Below, piece by piece: positions 13,550 to 25,836 of a stretch of 64,000 bases of DNA; the first letter of the stretch is position 1, and every line of letters starts with the position of its first letter. Made by a program: the position numbers and the translations under genes. The notes under the pieces were generated by a model, which was not told the DNA's origin, did not search any database, and was given only the letters and a program-made list of their open reading frames with translations. Origin of the DNA: Octopus bimaculoides (Eukaryota); contig NC_068981.1 of NCBI RefSeq assembly GCF_001194135.2, forward strand, positions 100,630,348-100,694,347, in the 5' to 3' direction.

Positions 13550-14190
13550 TTTTTGGCACAAGGCAAGCAATTTTGAGGAGTGAGCGCTAGTTGTTTATAC
13601 TGATCCTACTGCTTGACTGGTACTTATTTCCTCAATCCCAAAAGGAAGAAAAGCAAAGTTGACCCTGACAGAATTTGAACTCAAAGACAGACAAAATGCT
13701 TAGCAGCATTTCGCCCAGCATGCTAATGATTCTGCCAGCTTGCTACCTAAATAATTGTAATAATAATAATCCTTTCTACTGAAGGCCTGAAATCTTGTGG
13801 GAGGGGACTAGTTGATCATGTAAAACCCAGTGTTTCACTGGTACTTAATTTATCCACCCTGAAAGGATGAAAGGCAAAGTCAACCTTGGCAGAATTTGAA
13901 CCCAACATAGCAACTGGTGAATTACCGCTAAGCATTTCATCCAGCATGCTAACAATTCTACAGCTCGCCAATAATAATAATAATAATAATCCTTTATATT
14001 GAAGGCACAAGGCTCGAAATTTGTGGGGAGGGGACTAGTCGAGTACATTGACCCCAGTGTTTCACTGGTACCTAATTTATCAACCTCAAAAGGTTGAAAA
14101 GCATAGTTGACCTCAGTGGAATTTAAACTCAGAAACTAGCTTCAGGTGAAATACCACGAAGCATTTTGCCCGACATTCTACCAGCTTGCC
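13550..14190 (-). mobile_element. Three adjacent copies of tRNA-derived SINE family B
   Basis: Each carries the reverse complement of the core gtcgactttgcctttcatcctttcggggtcgataaaataagtaccag. Copies are separated by (AAT)n. Others at ~22190-22385, 25265-25460, 28615-28825, 37765-37940, 38715-38910, 50490-50630, 52215-52600. Confidence 0.8.
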
Positions 14191-14794
14191 AATAATAATA
14201 ATAGTAACAACAATAATAATAATCTCTTAACATCCGTTTCCCATGCTAGCATGGGTTGAATGATTTGACCAGAGCTGGTAAGCTAGAGAGCTGCAGCAAG
14301 TTCTAGTCTGACAGTTTTGGTTTCTATAGCTGGATGTCCTTCCTAATGCCAATCACTTTACAGTGTGTGTTGAGTGTTTTTAATGTGACACTGGCACAAA
14401 TCCTTTTTACATGGCATTGACACATAACTCTTGCAGGCCAATTCTCTTCACCAGGGGGAGTGACCTTAACACTTCTGCTGTGGAGGACAGGTCTTTTTGA
14501 GTACAGCAAGGTGCCAGCTATCCTGTTCCTTTGTCATCTCATGTGAGAGGGTCAGTGTCTGGAGGTCATCCTTCAGTACTTCATCCCATGTCTTCCTAAG
14601 TCTTCCTCTTCCACATGTTCCATCCACTATAAAAATAAGTATTATTATAGCTCTTTCTAATTTTGGCACCAGACCATTAGTTTTGAGGTGAGCATACAGT
14701 CAATTACATAATCCCTAGTAGTTAATGGGTACTTTATTCTATCAATCCTGAAAGTATGAAAGATATCAAGCCATACTTGAATGGCATATCCAGT

Positions 14795-15074
14795 AAATTC
14801 ACCGTCATCAATTGACCACAGGGAAAGTTCACCGTCAAGTTTACTGTCATCAATTCACCACAGGGAAAGTTCACCGTCATCAATTCACCACACTGAAAGT
14901 TCACCGTCAAGTTCACTGTCATCAATTCCCCACAGGGAAAGTTCACCGTCAAGTTCACTGTCATCAATTCACCACAGGGAAAGTTCACCACAGGGAAAGT
15001 TCACCACAGGGAAAGTTCACCACAGGGAAAGTTCACCACAGGGAAAGTTCACCACAGGGAAAGTTCACCGTAAA
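14795..15074. repeat. Modular minisatellite of 16/12/14-bp monomers
   Basis: Monomers cacagggaaagttcac, cgtcaagttcac and (c/t)gtcatcaattcac. Six perfect 16-mers at 14973-15068. Runs into the N gap. Confidence 0.92.
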
Positions 15075-15668
15075 NNNNNNNNNNNNNNNNNNNNNNNNNN
15101 NNNNNNNNNNNNNNNNNNNNNNNNNNNNNNNNNNNNNNNNNNNNNNNNNNNNNNNNNNNNNNNNNNNNNNNNNNNNNNNNNNNNNNNNNNNNNNNNNNNN
15201 NNNNNNNNNNNNNNNNNNNNNNNGGGGGGGGGGGTCCAATAAAATAGATTTAAATTATTAATGGTGACATTCTATGGATATACTTTCTCAGTAAACTTCC
15301 CTCACAGTGAACTTTCTTAGCAGTGAATTGAATGATACTTATTTTATTGACTTCAGAAAAATGAAAGGCAAAGTTGACCTCAACAGGATTTGAACTTCTG
15401 TGATCATGATGACAATGACGATGACGATTTAGGTATGAGGCCAATAATTTTGAGGGAAGGGGTTAGTTGATATCATCTAGCCAAGTAGTAATTTATTTTA
15501 ACAGTCCTGGAGGAATGACAGGCAAAGCTTGACTTCTGTAGGGTTTCAACTCAATAATAAACAGTATAATTTTTCAGGAGTATATGTGTGACTTGAAAGA
15601 TTGAAGATACATTTCTCACTTCTTTTCAGCAGAGATTTATGTGGGCTTTTTATTTTTATTTTTTTTAG

Positions 15669-16645
15669 TACCATGAAGAAAATCCTTACAGAGCCCCAGT
15701 AGAGTTGGGGTGGAGTCAAAGTAGTTTCCACGATGTTGATGAACAATGTCATTGTAAAGAGAGAGAGGAAGCAAAAGAGAGAGAGAAACAAAGACGGAGA
15801 GAAGAAAGAGAGAGAGAAGAGAGAGAGAGAGAAGAAAGAGAGAGAGAAGAAAGAGAGAGACAAAAAAGAGAGAGAGAAGAAAGAGAGAGAGAAGAAAAAG
15901 AGAGGGCAGAAAGAGAGAGAGAAGAAAGACGGAGAGAAAAGAGAGAGAGAAAAAAGAGAGAGAAAGAAGAAAGAATGAGAGAAAAGAGAGAGAGAAAAAA
16001 GCGTGAGAGAGAAGAAAGAATAAGAGAAAAGAAAGAGAAGAAAAAAAGAGAGCGAGAAGAAAGAGAGAGAGAGAGAAAAGAGAGAGAGAAAGAAAATGAA
16101 AAAGAGGAAGAAAAGGAAAAAGAGGAAGAAAAGGAAAAAGAGGAAGAGGAAGAAAGTGAGAAACGTAGTGAAGAAGAAATTGAGAAACGTAGTGAGGAAG
16201 AAATTGAGAAACGTAGTGAGGAAGAAAGTGAGAAACGTAGTGAGGAANNNNNNNNNNAAACGTAGTGAGGAAGAAAGTGAGAAACGTAGTGAGGAAGAAA
16301 TTGAGAAACGTAGTGAGGAAGAAATTGAGAAAGAGAGTGAGGAAGAAGAAGAAGAAGAAGAAACCGAAGAAGAGGAGGAAGAGGAGAGTGAAGATGAGAA
16401 GTCATCTATAATTATTATGGCAGCTTCTGAACAGAGTGAAATCGATCAAGAGGAAACTTCTACGAATCTTGAAAGTAGCATTCAAATGGATGATAAAAAC
16501 AAAAAAGAAGAAGAAGAAGAGGATAGTGATGATGATATACCTGTTAAGAGAGCTAACAACAAAGTAATAAGATATTCTCCAGGAGAATCACCTACTAATA
16601 TGTTTGGTGGCAACAGCAACTGGAGAGGTCCTATCTGGTTATGTA
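15669..16645 (+). CDS. GH63-like exon carrying a long E/R/K-rich insertion (contains a 10-N gap)
   Basis: Acceptor ttttttag|TACCATGAAGAAAATCCTTAC gives YHEENPY, the expected continuation after SLSK. The 3' end encodes IRYSPGESPTNMFGGNSNWRGPIWLC then A|gtaagt. Both sides of the gap are open in the frames their splice junctions require. Exon continuity through the GA-rich middle is inferred. Confidence 0.72.
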
Positions 16646-17859
16646 GTAAGTACTATGCTTAACACTTTTTTTTATTTCTGTTGAAATACAATGCTTATCA
16701 TCATCATCATCATCATTTTAATGTCTACTTTCTATACTTGCATGGGTTGGAGGAAGTTTTACTGTGGCTGGTTTTCTGCAGCTGGATCCTCTCCTTACCT
16801 GTTTCCAAACAAGGTAATATTTCCCCATGGCCAGACATTTTCACAGAATACTGAAAATGAATGACATTCATTTACATTATGCAAAGGCAAGGAGACCCAA
16901 AGAAACACTCACTCATGCACACATACGTACGTACATTCATACATAACTAAATACACACACACACACACACACACACATACACACACATACACACACAGAA
17001 GCTTTCTTTTCAATTTCATTATCATCACCATTTAACGTTCGCCTTCCATGCTGGCATGGGTTGGATGGCTTGACAGGAGCCTGCACCAAACTTCTGTGTC
17101 TGTTTTGGCAGGGTTTTTACAACTGGATATCCTTCCTAACACCAACTACCCAGCAGAGTGGACTGAGTGCTTTTTACATGGCACAAGCACAAACAAGGTC
17201 AGTTTTGATAGTTTTGACAGCTGGAAGCCCTTCTGAACACCAACCACTTTACAGTGTAGCATTTCCAAAGATGGACTCAGGTAAAGTTGGTATCAAAAGG
17301 GTTAAACATTTGACTTAGATAATGCTAGAATGCTAATGGTATTTGGTATGTCAATGTATTCCTTACATAGATGCTAATTTGACTACCTGCATGATTTCAG
17401 TAAGCATTTTCTTTCTACCAAAAACTAACTGCCACTAAGATTTATAGTATGGATAGATTTCAACAAATAGCGTTATTATGAATTCAATCAGTCAGAATTT
17501 TAATAGGTTAATTAGTTGTGTATGTGACAGAGCATTGGTGTATATAGAGAGAAGTTGGGCATAAAAGGAATTAGATGCAGTGTACAAGAGTGCTTACTGC
17601 ATTGGTTTTGTCATGTAATGCACATGGATGAAGATAGTTGCATAAAGATGTGCTGATCACTTAAAGTGGAAGAAAGTTGTGGAAGAAGGAGACCTAGGAA
17701 AACATGGAAAAAAAGAAGTATGGAAGGCTGATCTCAAAATGCTGAACCTTACAAAGGAGATGACAGAGGACAAAGATATGTGGCACATTGCTGTACTCAA
17801 GAAGACCCACCCACCACAACAGAAAAGTATTAGTGTGGGTGATGGTCCCACATAAAAAG

Positions 17860-17890
<31 letters not shown>

Positions 17891-18246
17891 TCTGTATATA
17901 TCATATGTATACAAGTGAGTGGACAAACAAAAGAAGAGTACTCAACCAATTTATTGGGAGTTACATGTATGGATCAAAACAGTTTGATTTAAATTCGTTG
18001 GACTCTTGAGTTTCAAGCATGATGCTAGTCATCAGCCAAATGGCCGATGACTAGCATCACACTTAAAACTCAAGAGTACCAGCCAATTTGAATCAAACTG
18101 TTTTGATCTATATCATATATATATCATTCATGTTTGTGTGAGCCGGGGAAAATAGATATTAAAACCATGATGGTGATGATGATTTTATATTTATACTCAC
18201 ACACACACACACATATGTAAAACAAAAGAAATATAAGCAGGAAATT

Positions 18247-19345
18247 CATCATCATCATCATCATCGTCGTTTAACGTCCGCTTTCCATGCTAGCATGGGT
18301 TGGACGATTTGACTGAGGACTGGTGAAACCGGATGGCAACACCAGGCTCCAATCTAATTTGGCAGAGTTTCTACAGCTGGATGCCCTTCCTAACGCCAAC
18401 CACTCAGAGAGTGTAGTGGGTGCTTTTACGTGTCACCCGCACGAAAACGGCCACGCTCGAAATGGTGTCTTTTATGTGCCNNNNNNNNNNNNNNNNNNNN
18501 NNNNNNNNNNNNNNNNNNNNNNNNNNNNNNNNNNNNNNNNNNNNNNNNNNNNNNNNNNNNNNNNNNNNNNNNNNNNNNNNNNNNNNNNNNNNNNNNNNNN
18601 NNNNNNNNNNNNNNNNNNNNNNNNNNNNNNNNNNNNNNNNNNNNNNNNNNNNNNNNNNNNNNNNNNNNNNNNNNNNNNNNNNNNNNNNNNNNNNNNNNNN
18701 NNNNNNNNNNNNNNNNNNNNNNNNNNNNNNNNNNNNNNNNNNNNNNNNNNNNNNNNNNNNNNNNNNNNNNNNNNNNNNNNNNNNNNNNNNNNNNNNNNNN
18801 NNNNNNNNNNNNNNNNNNNNNNNNNNNNNNNNNNNNNNNNNNNNNNNNNNNNNNNNNNNNNNNNNNNNNNNNNNNNNNNNNNNNNNNNNNNNNNNNNNNN
18901 NNNNNNNNNNNNNNNNNNNNNNNNNNNNNNNNNNNNNNNNNNNNNNNNNNNNNNNNNNNNNNNNNNNNNNNNNNNNNNNNNNNNNNNNNNNNNNNNNNNN
19001 NNNNNNNNNNNNNACTCTGACGGGTATTCACATTGACATTACACATCCAACGGAGCATACTGGCTTCATTCCTTGCGAGCTTACGTATGTCCTCAGCAGT
19101 TACAGCCCATGTTTCACTGCCATGTAGCATGGCTGTTCGTACGCATGCGTCATACAGTCTGCCTTTTACTCTGAGTGAGAGTCCCTTTGTCGCCAGCAGG
19201 GGTAAGAGCTCTCTAAACTTTGCCCAGGCTATTCTTATTCTAGCAGCTACACTTTCAGTGCACCCACTCCCACTACTAACTTGGTCGCCCAGATAGCGGA
19301 AGCTATCGACTACCTCTAGTTTTTCACCCTGGAATGAGATTGAAT
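18247..19345 (-). mobile_element. 5'-truncated RTE LINE spanning an N gap
   Basis: Encodes FQGEKLEVVDSFRYLGDQVSSG...LRVKGRLYDACVRTAMLHGSETWAV, open across the sequenced part. 3' end has a (CAT)n tail on +. Confidence 0.88.
18481..19013. other. Assembly gap (N run)
   Basis: 533 N. Other gaps at 15075-15223, 16248-16257 and 44561-44570. Confidence 1.
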
Positions 19346-19444
19346 TGTACAAATTCTTGAAGCTCTTGCTTCTCAACTAAATAACCAATAAAATGGTTGT
19401 TATATAAAGAATGATGATATCTTCTAACTTTGTTCTGTTTCCAG

Positions 19445-19624
19445 TGAACTACCTGCTCCATGAATGTTTAGATATTTACTATAAAGCATATGGTAATGAG
19501 TTCACTGTAGAGTTCCCCACTGGATCAAGGGATAGAAAGAACCTCCGAGATATCAGAAAAGAAATATCCAAAAGAATTGTATCTCTTTTCCTACCAAACA
19601 GAGAAGGCTACCGACCAATTCATG
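19445..19624 (+). CDS. GH63-like glycoside hydrolase exon
   Basis: tttccag|TGAAC...CATG|gtaagt. A+TG restores Met: MNYLLHECLDIYYKAYGNEFTVEFPTGS...ISKRIVSLFLPNREGYRPIHG (family motif YGDDFxVExPTGSG). 180 nt. Confidence 0.92.
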
Positions 19625-20633
19625 GTAAGTAATCTTTTTTATTTATTCATTTAATGTCTTTGACATCGAATCCAACCAGAATACTGAGCCACTCTTATCA
19701 TCATTATCATTATCATCATCATTTGACATCCATTTTCCATGCTGGCACAAGATGGATGGTTTGACAAGAGCTGGTAAGGCCAGGGCTCCATTGTCTGTTT
19801 CTATTGTCTGTTCTGGCATGGTTTCAACAGCTGGATGCCCTTCTTAACACCAACCATTTCACAGAATGTACTCAGTGCAATTTAAGTGGTCAGCACTTCT
19901 GTATGAAACTGCCTACATCCATACACATCACATGACCAAAACAGCACAGTCTTCTCTCTTGCACACTCATCTAATTTTTCTTATACCCAACTTTTCCCTC
20001 AAAACACGAACACTCTGTCACATATGTATACTGACATTGCACATCCAGCAAAGCAAATAAGCAGGTAAATTTATTTGATAATTTAGATGCTTAGCATTCA
20101 TTTTGAGCAATTAATCGTAAGTTTTCATTTCTCTTAATTCAAACAAAATGAAGATAATAGAAATTCTATTGGAAAAGAATTATTTTTGAATCATTCGATG
20201 TGCTTTAAACCATTTTGTAAAGAAGCATAGCTGTATGGTAAGAAGCTTGCTTTCCACCCACATGGTTCTGGGTTCAGGCCCACTGTTGGCACCTTGGACA
20301 AACGTCTTCTACTATAGCTGTGAGTGGATTTGGTAGACAAAAACTGAAAGAAGCCCATTGTATATATGTGTGTGTATATATTTATGTCCCTCCACCATCA
20401 CTTCACAACCAATGTTGGGGGTGCGTTTATGCTCCCATAACTTCATGGTTTGGCAAAAGAAACCGATAGAATAAATACTAGGCTTACAAAGAATAAGTCC
20501 TAAGGTTGATTTCTTCAACTAAAAAAACTCTTTAAGGCAATGCTCCAGCATGACCACAGTCAAATGACTGAAACAAGTAAAAGAATAAAAGAATATATAA
20601 AATTTCTTATATATTTATTTATTTATTTTCTAG

Positions 20634-20727
20634 GTAATGAACCACTTTACCAAAAAGATTATTTACAACATATAGTACTGTTCTACGAATATTTTAATGC
20701 AGAAAATGGACTCGGTTGTGGTGCTAG
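20634..20727 (+). CDS. GH63-like glycoside hydrolase exon
   Basis: ttttctag|GTAATGAA...GCTAG|gtgagt. Encodes GNEPLYQKDYLQHIVLFYEYFNAENGLGCGA(S) (family motif LFYEYFxGDxGxGxGAS). Confidence 0.92.
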
Positions 20728-23336
20728 GTGAGTATATCATTATAGTTTATAATTCATTTTTGGAACAGTGGATCTCAAAGTACACATAAAGCTATAAATC
20801 ATAGCATGTGATTAGTTAATTTTTTTTTTTATGGAAATGGAAGTATGTGCATGTTAACCATTTTGTAACCATATTCCTAAAATACTTTGTTTTTGTATTC
20901 AAATTAAGTTTTAAAATAGTCCAGAATTAGAAAGGTTTTAATAATAGGTATTCACCTTTTGTTTGAAACAGCACTTAATAAAATGTTCTTACATTAATTT
21001 ATAATGAAAGATTTATTTTCATATTGCTATACTTGGGGATGTTTGTTTTTTTTGCCAATTAAACACGCACTATTTATTCGATCTTAACTTTAGTTTTAAT
21101 TCATATTATTTTCCATTTATGTCTGTCAAAGCTCTCTGGCTATACACTTCCTGTCCCATACGTCTCATCCTGCTTATTTCATTTTGTCCTTCTGTGGTAT
21201 ATATCTCTATATGTGCATGTGTTTACGTCTGTGTGTATATGTGTGTGTTTGTCTGTGTCTAGTATGTGTGTCCCATGTGCATGTTTAACATCTTATCTGT
21301 CATCATCATCTTCTAACATCTGTTCTCCATGCTGGCAGGGGTTGGATGGTTTGACAGGATTTGGCCAGCTCAAAGGCTGCCCAGGCTCCAGTTGTTTGTT
21401 TTGGCATGGTTTCTATGGCTGAATACCCTTCCTAATGCCAACCATTTTACAGAATGTACTGGGTGCTTTTACATGGTACCAGCATGGGCACTTTTGTATC
21501 ATGTAATTCTCTTTTCCAAAATATAAACAACTATTTTTTGATTTGTAAACATAACATTGAAATATGGCACTTTCATAATGTAGTTTATTTGTGATAAATA
21601 TATGGTTTCGCATTTTATTCCAGTATACTATCACAAATTTGTATTTACATGCACAGAATCATACATTTGGCCCCTATAAAATGATTATAAAATATCTTTC
21701 AATAAATGCATAATGAAGTATACTAAATTTGTTTTTGCTTAATTTTTCTCACAAAGTTTACTGTAAAACAGGGGCACATCTTATGTATGAGCATGTCTTA
21801 TACTCTGGCAAATATGCAAATATACATGGTAGATAATTAGGGAGCTTTTACAAGTCCACAGAGGAGCTTCTATGCATTCATTCAGCCTTCTAGAACAACC
21901 AAATTTTCATTAAATCAAAGTCAACCATCTTAGGAAAAAACAAAAAAATGTGACATTACATTGGACAATGTAGTATTAAATATACATCATAAAAGGTGAA
22001 AGACGGGATGATCACAGATAGAATGCATTTCATCATAAGTCTGCTCAGTCTGGAAAGACCTTGGTTTAAACAAAAACATTAGTCTGTTTCATTTTATTTT
22101 GAAATAACTACAGAGTATTTTTATTATCGTTAATATCACCTAACAGAAATTGCATTAATATGTTACACTAACATAAGGCGACCAGCTGGTAGAATTGTTA
22201 GCACACCAGACAAAATACTTAGTGGCATTTCATCCATCTTTACATTCCTAGGGAAAATTCCACTGAGGTCGACTTTACCTTTCATCCTTTCAGAATCAAT
22301 AAAATAAATACCAGTTGAGCACTGGGGTTGATGTAATTGACTTACCTTCACCCCAAAACTTGCTGACCTTGTGCCAAAATTTGAGGCCAATATATTACAC
22401 TAACATTGCCTTAGTTATAAATCTAAGTAATATGTTGTTTTTATTTTTTCTGATCAACCTAGTTATGAAGATATGTGACAGTGTTGCTCGCATAAGTTAA
22501 GATGGTTAGATTCTAACTGCAAACAAAGAAATTATGCTTTTATCTGAAAAGTCATTCACTCGTAGTGGAAAGGGCAGCCAAGTAAACAAAATAGTTACAC
22601 CTACAATATGCAAACATTTAAATCAAATGTATTAGCTTAAAAGCATGAAACTAAAATATGTTGTCATCATTGGTGGGGGTAGTGGCACTTTTGTTATTGC
22701 TGCTACTACTTAAACCTAGGTCAAGCAGACCTATGATCAAAGGCATTCCAACCATGACTATACCAAGGAGTTCTTTGTCAAAGGTGTCAATACCTTTTTG
22801 AGATACTAGGGAGTGATTTTAGAAAGATTTGGCTGCTATTTCTTGCAGGCTCCCCTATAAGTGTTTAGAGGTGTATTGATCAGTCAGTTTGTTTATTTTA
22901 TAGTGTTCATAAAAGGCATAAAAGAACTTGTTTTTTTCATTATCTTCAATCAACTATCCATTCCTCACTCTTAACATGAATTAGAAAGTCCATATTTTAA
23001 AAATTTTGTATATATTCGTGTGTGTGTGTGTGTGTGTGACCTGTTTGACTATTGATGTTGGTTTGTTTACATCCCAGTAACTTAGTAGTTTGGCAAAAGA
23101 AACCAATAGAATCAGTACCAGACCTTAAAAACCTAGTACCAGGGTCAATTCGTTTGCCTAAAACTCTTCAAAGTGGTGCTTCAGCATGACCAGAGTCAAA
23201 TGATTTAAACAAGTAAAAGATTAAAGATTTTGATGACTAGAAATATTTTCTGTTCTTATACAGGTAAAAAAATACAAGAATCCAAAATATTTTCCCATGC
23301 TTATTTTAATCTTATATCATCTTTTCTTTTTTACAG

Positions 23337-23394
23337 TCATCAAACTGGATGGAGTTCTCTAGTCGTGGAATTTATCAGAAATTTACATTCTTGA
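23337..23394 (+). CDS. GH63-like glycoside hydrolase terminal exon
   Basis: ttttacag|TCATCAAACTGGATGG...TGA. Encodes SHQTGWSSLVVEFIRNLHS*, completing the conserved GASHQTGW motif. Confidence 0.92.
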
Positions 23395-25473
23395 CACCAA
23401 GTTAATTAAATTTCCTTGGTTTTTAACTCACTAGTAGTCATTCTCTTATTTATTTTCCACAAATATTAAATTTTTTATTTTTCTATCAAAGTACATTTGA
23501 ACATCCTATGTTTTAATCAGCTTATCTCTTTATCATTCATTCAATCTTTTTTCCAAATATATCATGTTTAAGATTGCTTTCAACTTAGTTCCTAGTTAAA
23601 TTGAAAACATGCACACACAATGTTGATGGACTCTCTTGTCATGGATGACAGGTGAAGTTACCACAATTTCTTGTTGAATAACCTGTAGATGAATTGTTTA
23701 TAGCAGTCAAATGTCTTTGCTGTACATTAGCTCACTTTCTCCATGAAATTAGCATTACCTGTACAGATGTCAAAGTGATTGCAGAGCAATGTGAAATGAA
23801 ATGCTTTGCTCAAGAGCACCACACTCTATTGGTTTGGGAATCAAAAGCACAATCTTAAAATCATATGTGCAATATGCTAACCAATAGGTCACTACCCTCA
23901 CTTGAGGGCTCACAAGATACATTTAACCCATGAGCATTTAAACTGGTTATGTCCAGCCAAAATATTCTACATGTTTTACATTCAAACCAGCCAGATCAGG
24001 CCTCTCACAATTATTCTACAATGTCAATCTAAAAATAAACATTCATGTTATAACAATCTTGAAGCTACAAGATAATATATGATTAGTTCAAAACAATGTG
24101 AATAAATAAGCATTGCCTATGACAGATGCTAAAGACAAGATGCTTATGACAGATGCTGAATGCTTAAGAATTATTTATATATACATGGATATAGATAAAG
24201 TTTGGCTAGGATTAGTATATGTCAAATGCTGTTTTGGGGTAATGACTGATGGAAAAGAATTCTTCTATGCTACATCTCACTACTAATCAAAAATATATAG
24301 CAAGTAGTGAAACTGGATATATTTACATGGTAAATTTGAACATTTATTTAAATACAATATAAGTTGTATTTATATAAGTTTTTGGCAGTAAAAAATAGAC
24401 TAGAAGAAGGTAGAAGTATATTGGCCAAATTGGTGTTAACATAATTAATGTAGAGAGCAAGAAAATATTCATTAACATTATATTCATCAGCTTAGTGATT
24501 AATTCCGATGAAGAAAAGCATGAAGGGCAACTCAAAAATGCTAATTATCTAAAATTAATCAGAAAATATAATTCCATTATGCAATACAATGAAAGAGAGT
24601 ATTATCTTTGACAAGTACAGTAAAAAGGTGTAGTATGGCTGATGGCCAAGAAGTTTGCAACCATAAGGTCCCAGGTTCAATCTTAGACAAGTGTATTTTA
24701 CTTTAGTTTCAGACTTGTCCAAGACTTGTGAGTGAAATAGGATAGACAGAAACTGTGTGGAAACCAGTCAGATTGAATGTACATGTAATTCAAATGTCCC
24801 ACTATGATACACAGCTGATTCTGCCTGAGGCTTATATTAACAATACGTTGGTGGAATACTCAGCCATCTACATGCTAATACAGTGAGCAGGTAGTTCAGT
24901 AGATCAAACAAATCGAACACTCATCATGAAAACCATTGAAAGTCTATTTTTAAACTAGTGATTCAAGACATGTTTCTGTCTTATTAAACCTCTTCTGCAA
25001 AGTACAGTTTTTCTCAGCATCACCAGACCTTAAGATGCTTAAAAAATAGAGTTTAAGGGAATAAGCATTGATAGGCATGACAACCTAAAATGGCATGGTG
25101 AGACAGGGAAAGAAGTATCTTGTGACACATTATGCTTGTAAAACAAATAAATTGGTACTAACATACTTAATGTATGTCATAAACTAAAGATTTTAATTAA
25201 TTAATTTTTTTAAAAAAACCATGTTCTACTAAGGAGTTCTAATAAGACCAAATAATGATTTCAAATTTTGGCACAAGGCCAGAAATTTCGGGAGAATGGG
25301 TAAGCCAATTACATCAATCCCCAGTACTCAACTGGTATTTATTTTATTGGCCCCAAAAGGATGAAAGATAAAGTCAACTTTCAGCAGCATTTGAACTCAG
25401 AACATAAAGACGGATGAAATGCCACTAAGCATTTTACCTGACACAGTAAAGAGTCAGACAAAAAATAATAATA

Positions 25474-25836
25474 ACAAGAGCACTCAGAGAGTGCAAACCT
25501 CTGCCAAGGCAACACCAACGTCCTCTCAATGATTAGCCAGAGATGATTTTTAAAATGAGAATATCTGAAATAAACTTGACTGCTCTCACAAACGAGAATA
25601 CTAAAAATGAACCCAACCACTCTCAGAAATTAAGTAAAAAAACAGGAAAAATAATCCAGAATCCTTGTCCACTACTAGATCGATACCAAAATCTAATCAG
25701 TTTGTGCCAGTCACGAGGTCAAACATCTCTGAAAGTTTCATCCAAAACCATCAAGCAGTTCTTGAGATATCTCGTCCATGGACAAACAAACACGACTGAA
25801 AACAATACCTCCACCTTCACTAAGGTGGAGGTAATA
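25474..25836 (+). mobile_element. Non-autonomous element with 3' hairpin (Helentron/HINE-like)
   Basis: Ends in a perfect 11-bp stem acctccacctt-cact-aaggtggaggt (25807-25832). Family assignment is by resemblance only. Confidence 0.45.

Noticed and set aside
14795-15074. CRISPR-like appearance of the repeat array
   Set aside because: No unique spacers, monomers are contiguous, no cas genes, and the context is eukaryotic.
15224-15234. Poly-G run as a G-quadruplex or regulatory site
   Set aside because: It sits at a contig edge right after Ns and is likely low-quality sequence.
16248-16257. Apparent frameshift in the large GH63 exon
   Set aside because: It coincides with a 10-N placeholder of arbitrary length, so it is not evidence of pseudogenisation.
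15749-16405. 218-aa minus-strand S/L/F-rich ORF
   Set aside because: It is the antisense shadow of the GA-rich exon, with no independent support.
18323-19127. Long ORFs of 196-237 aa
   Set aside because: They consist mostly of N-gap codons, and the flanks are RTE sequence.
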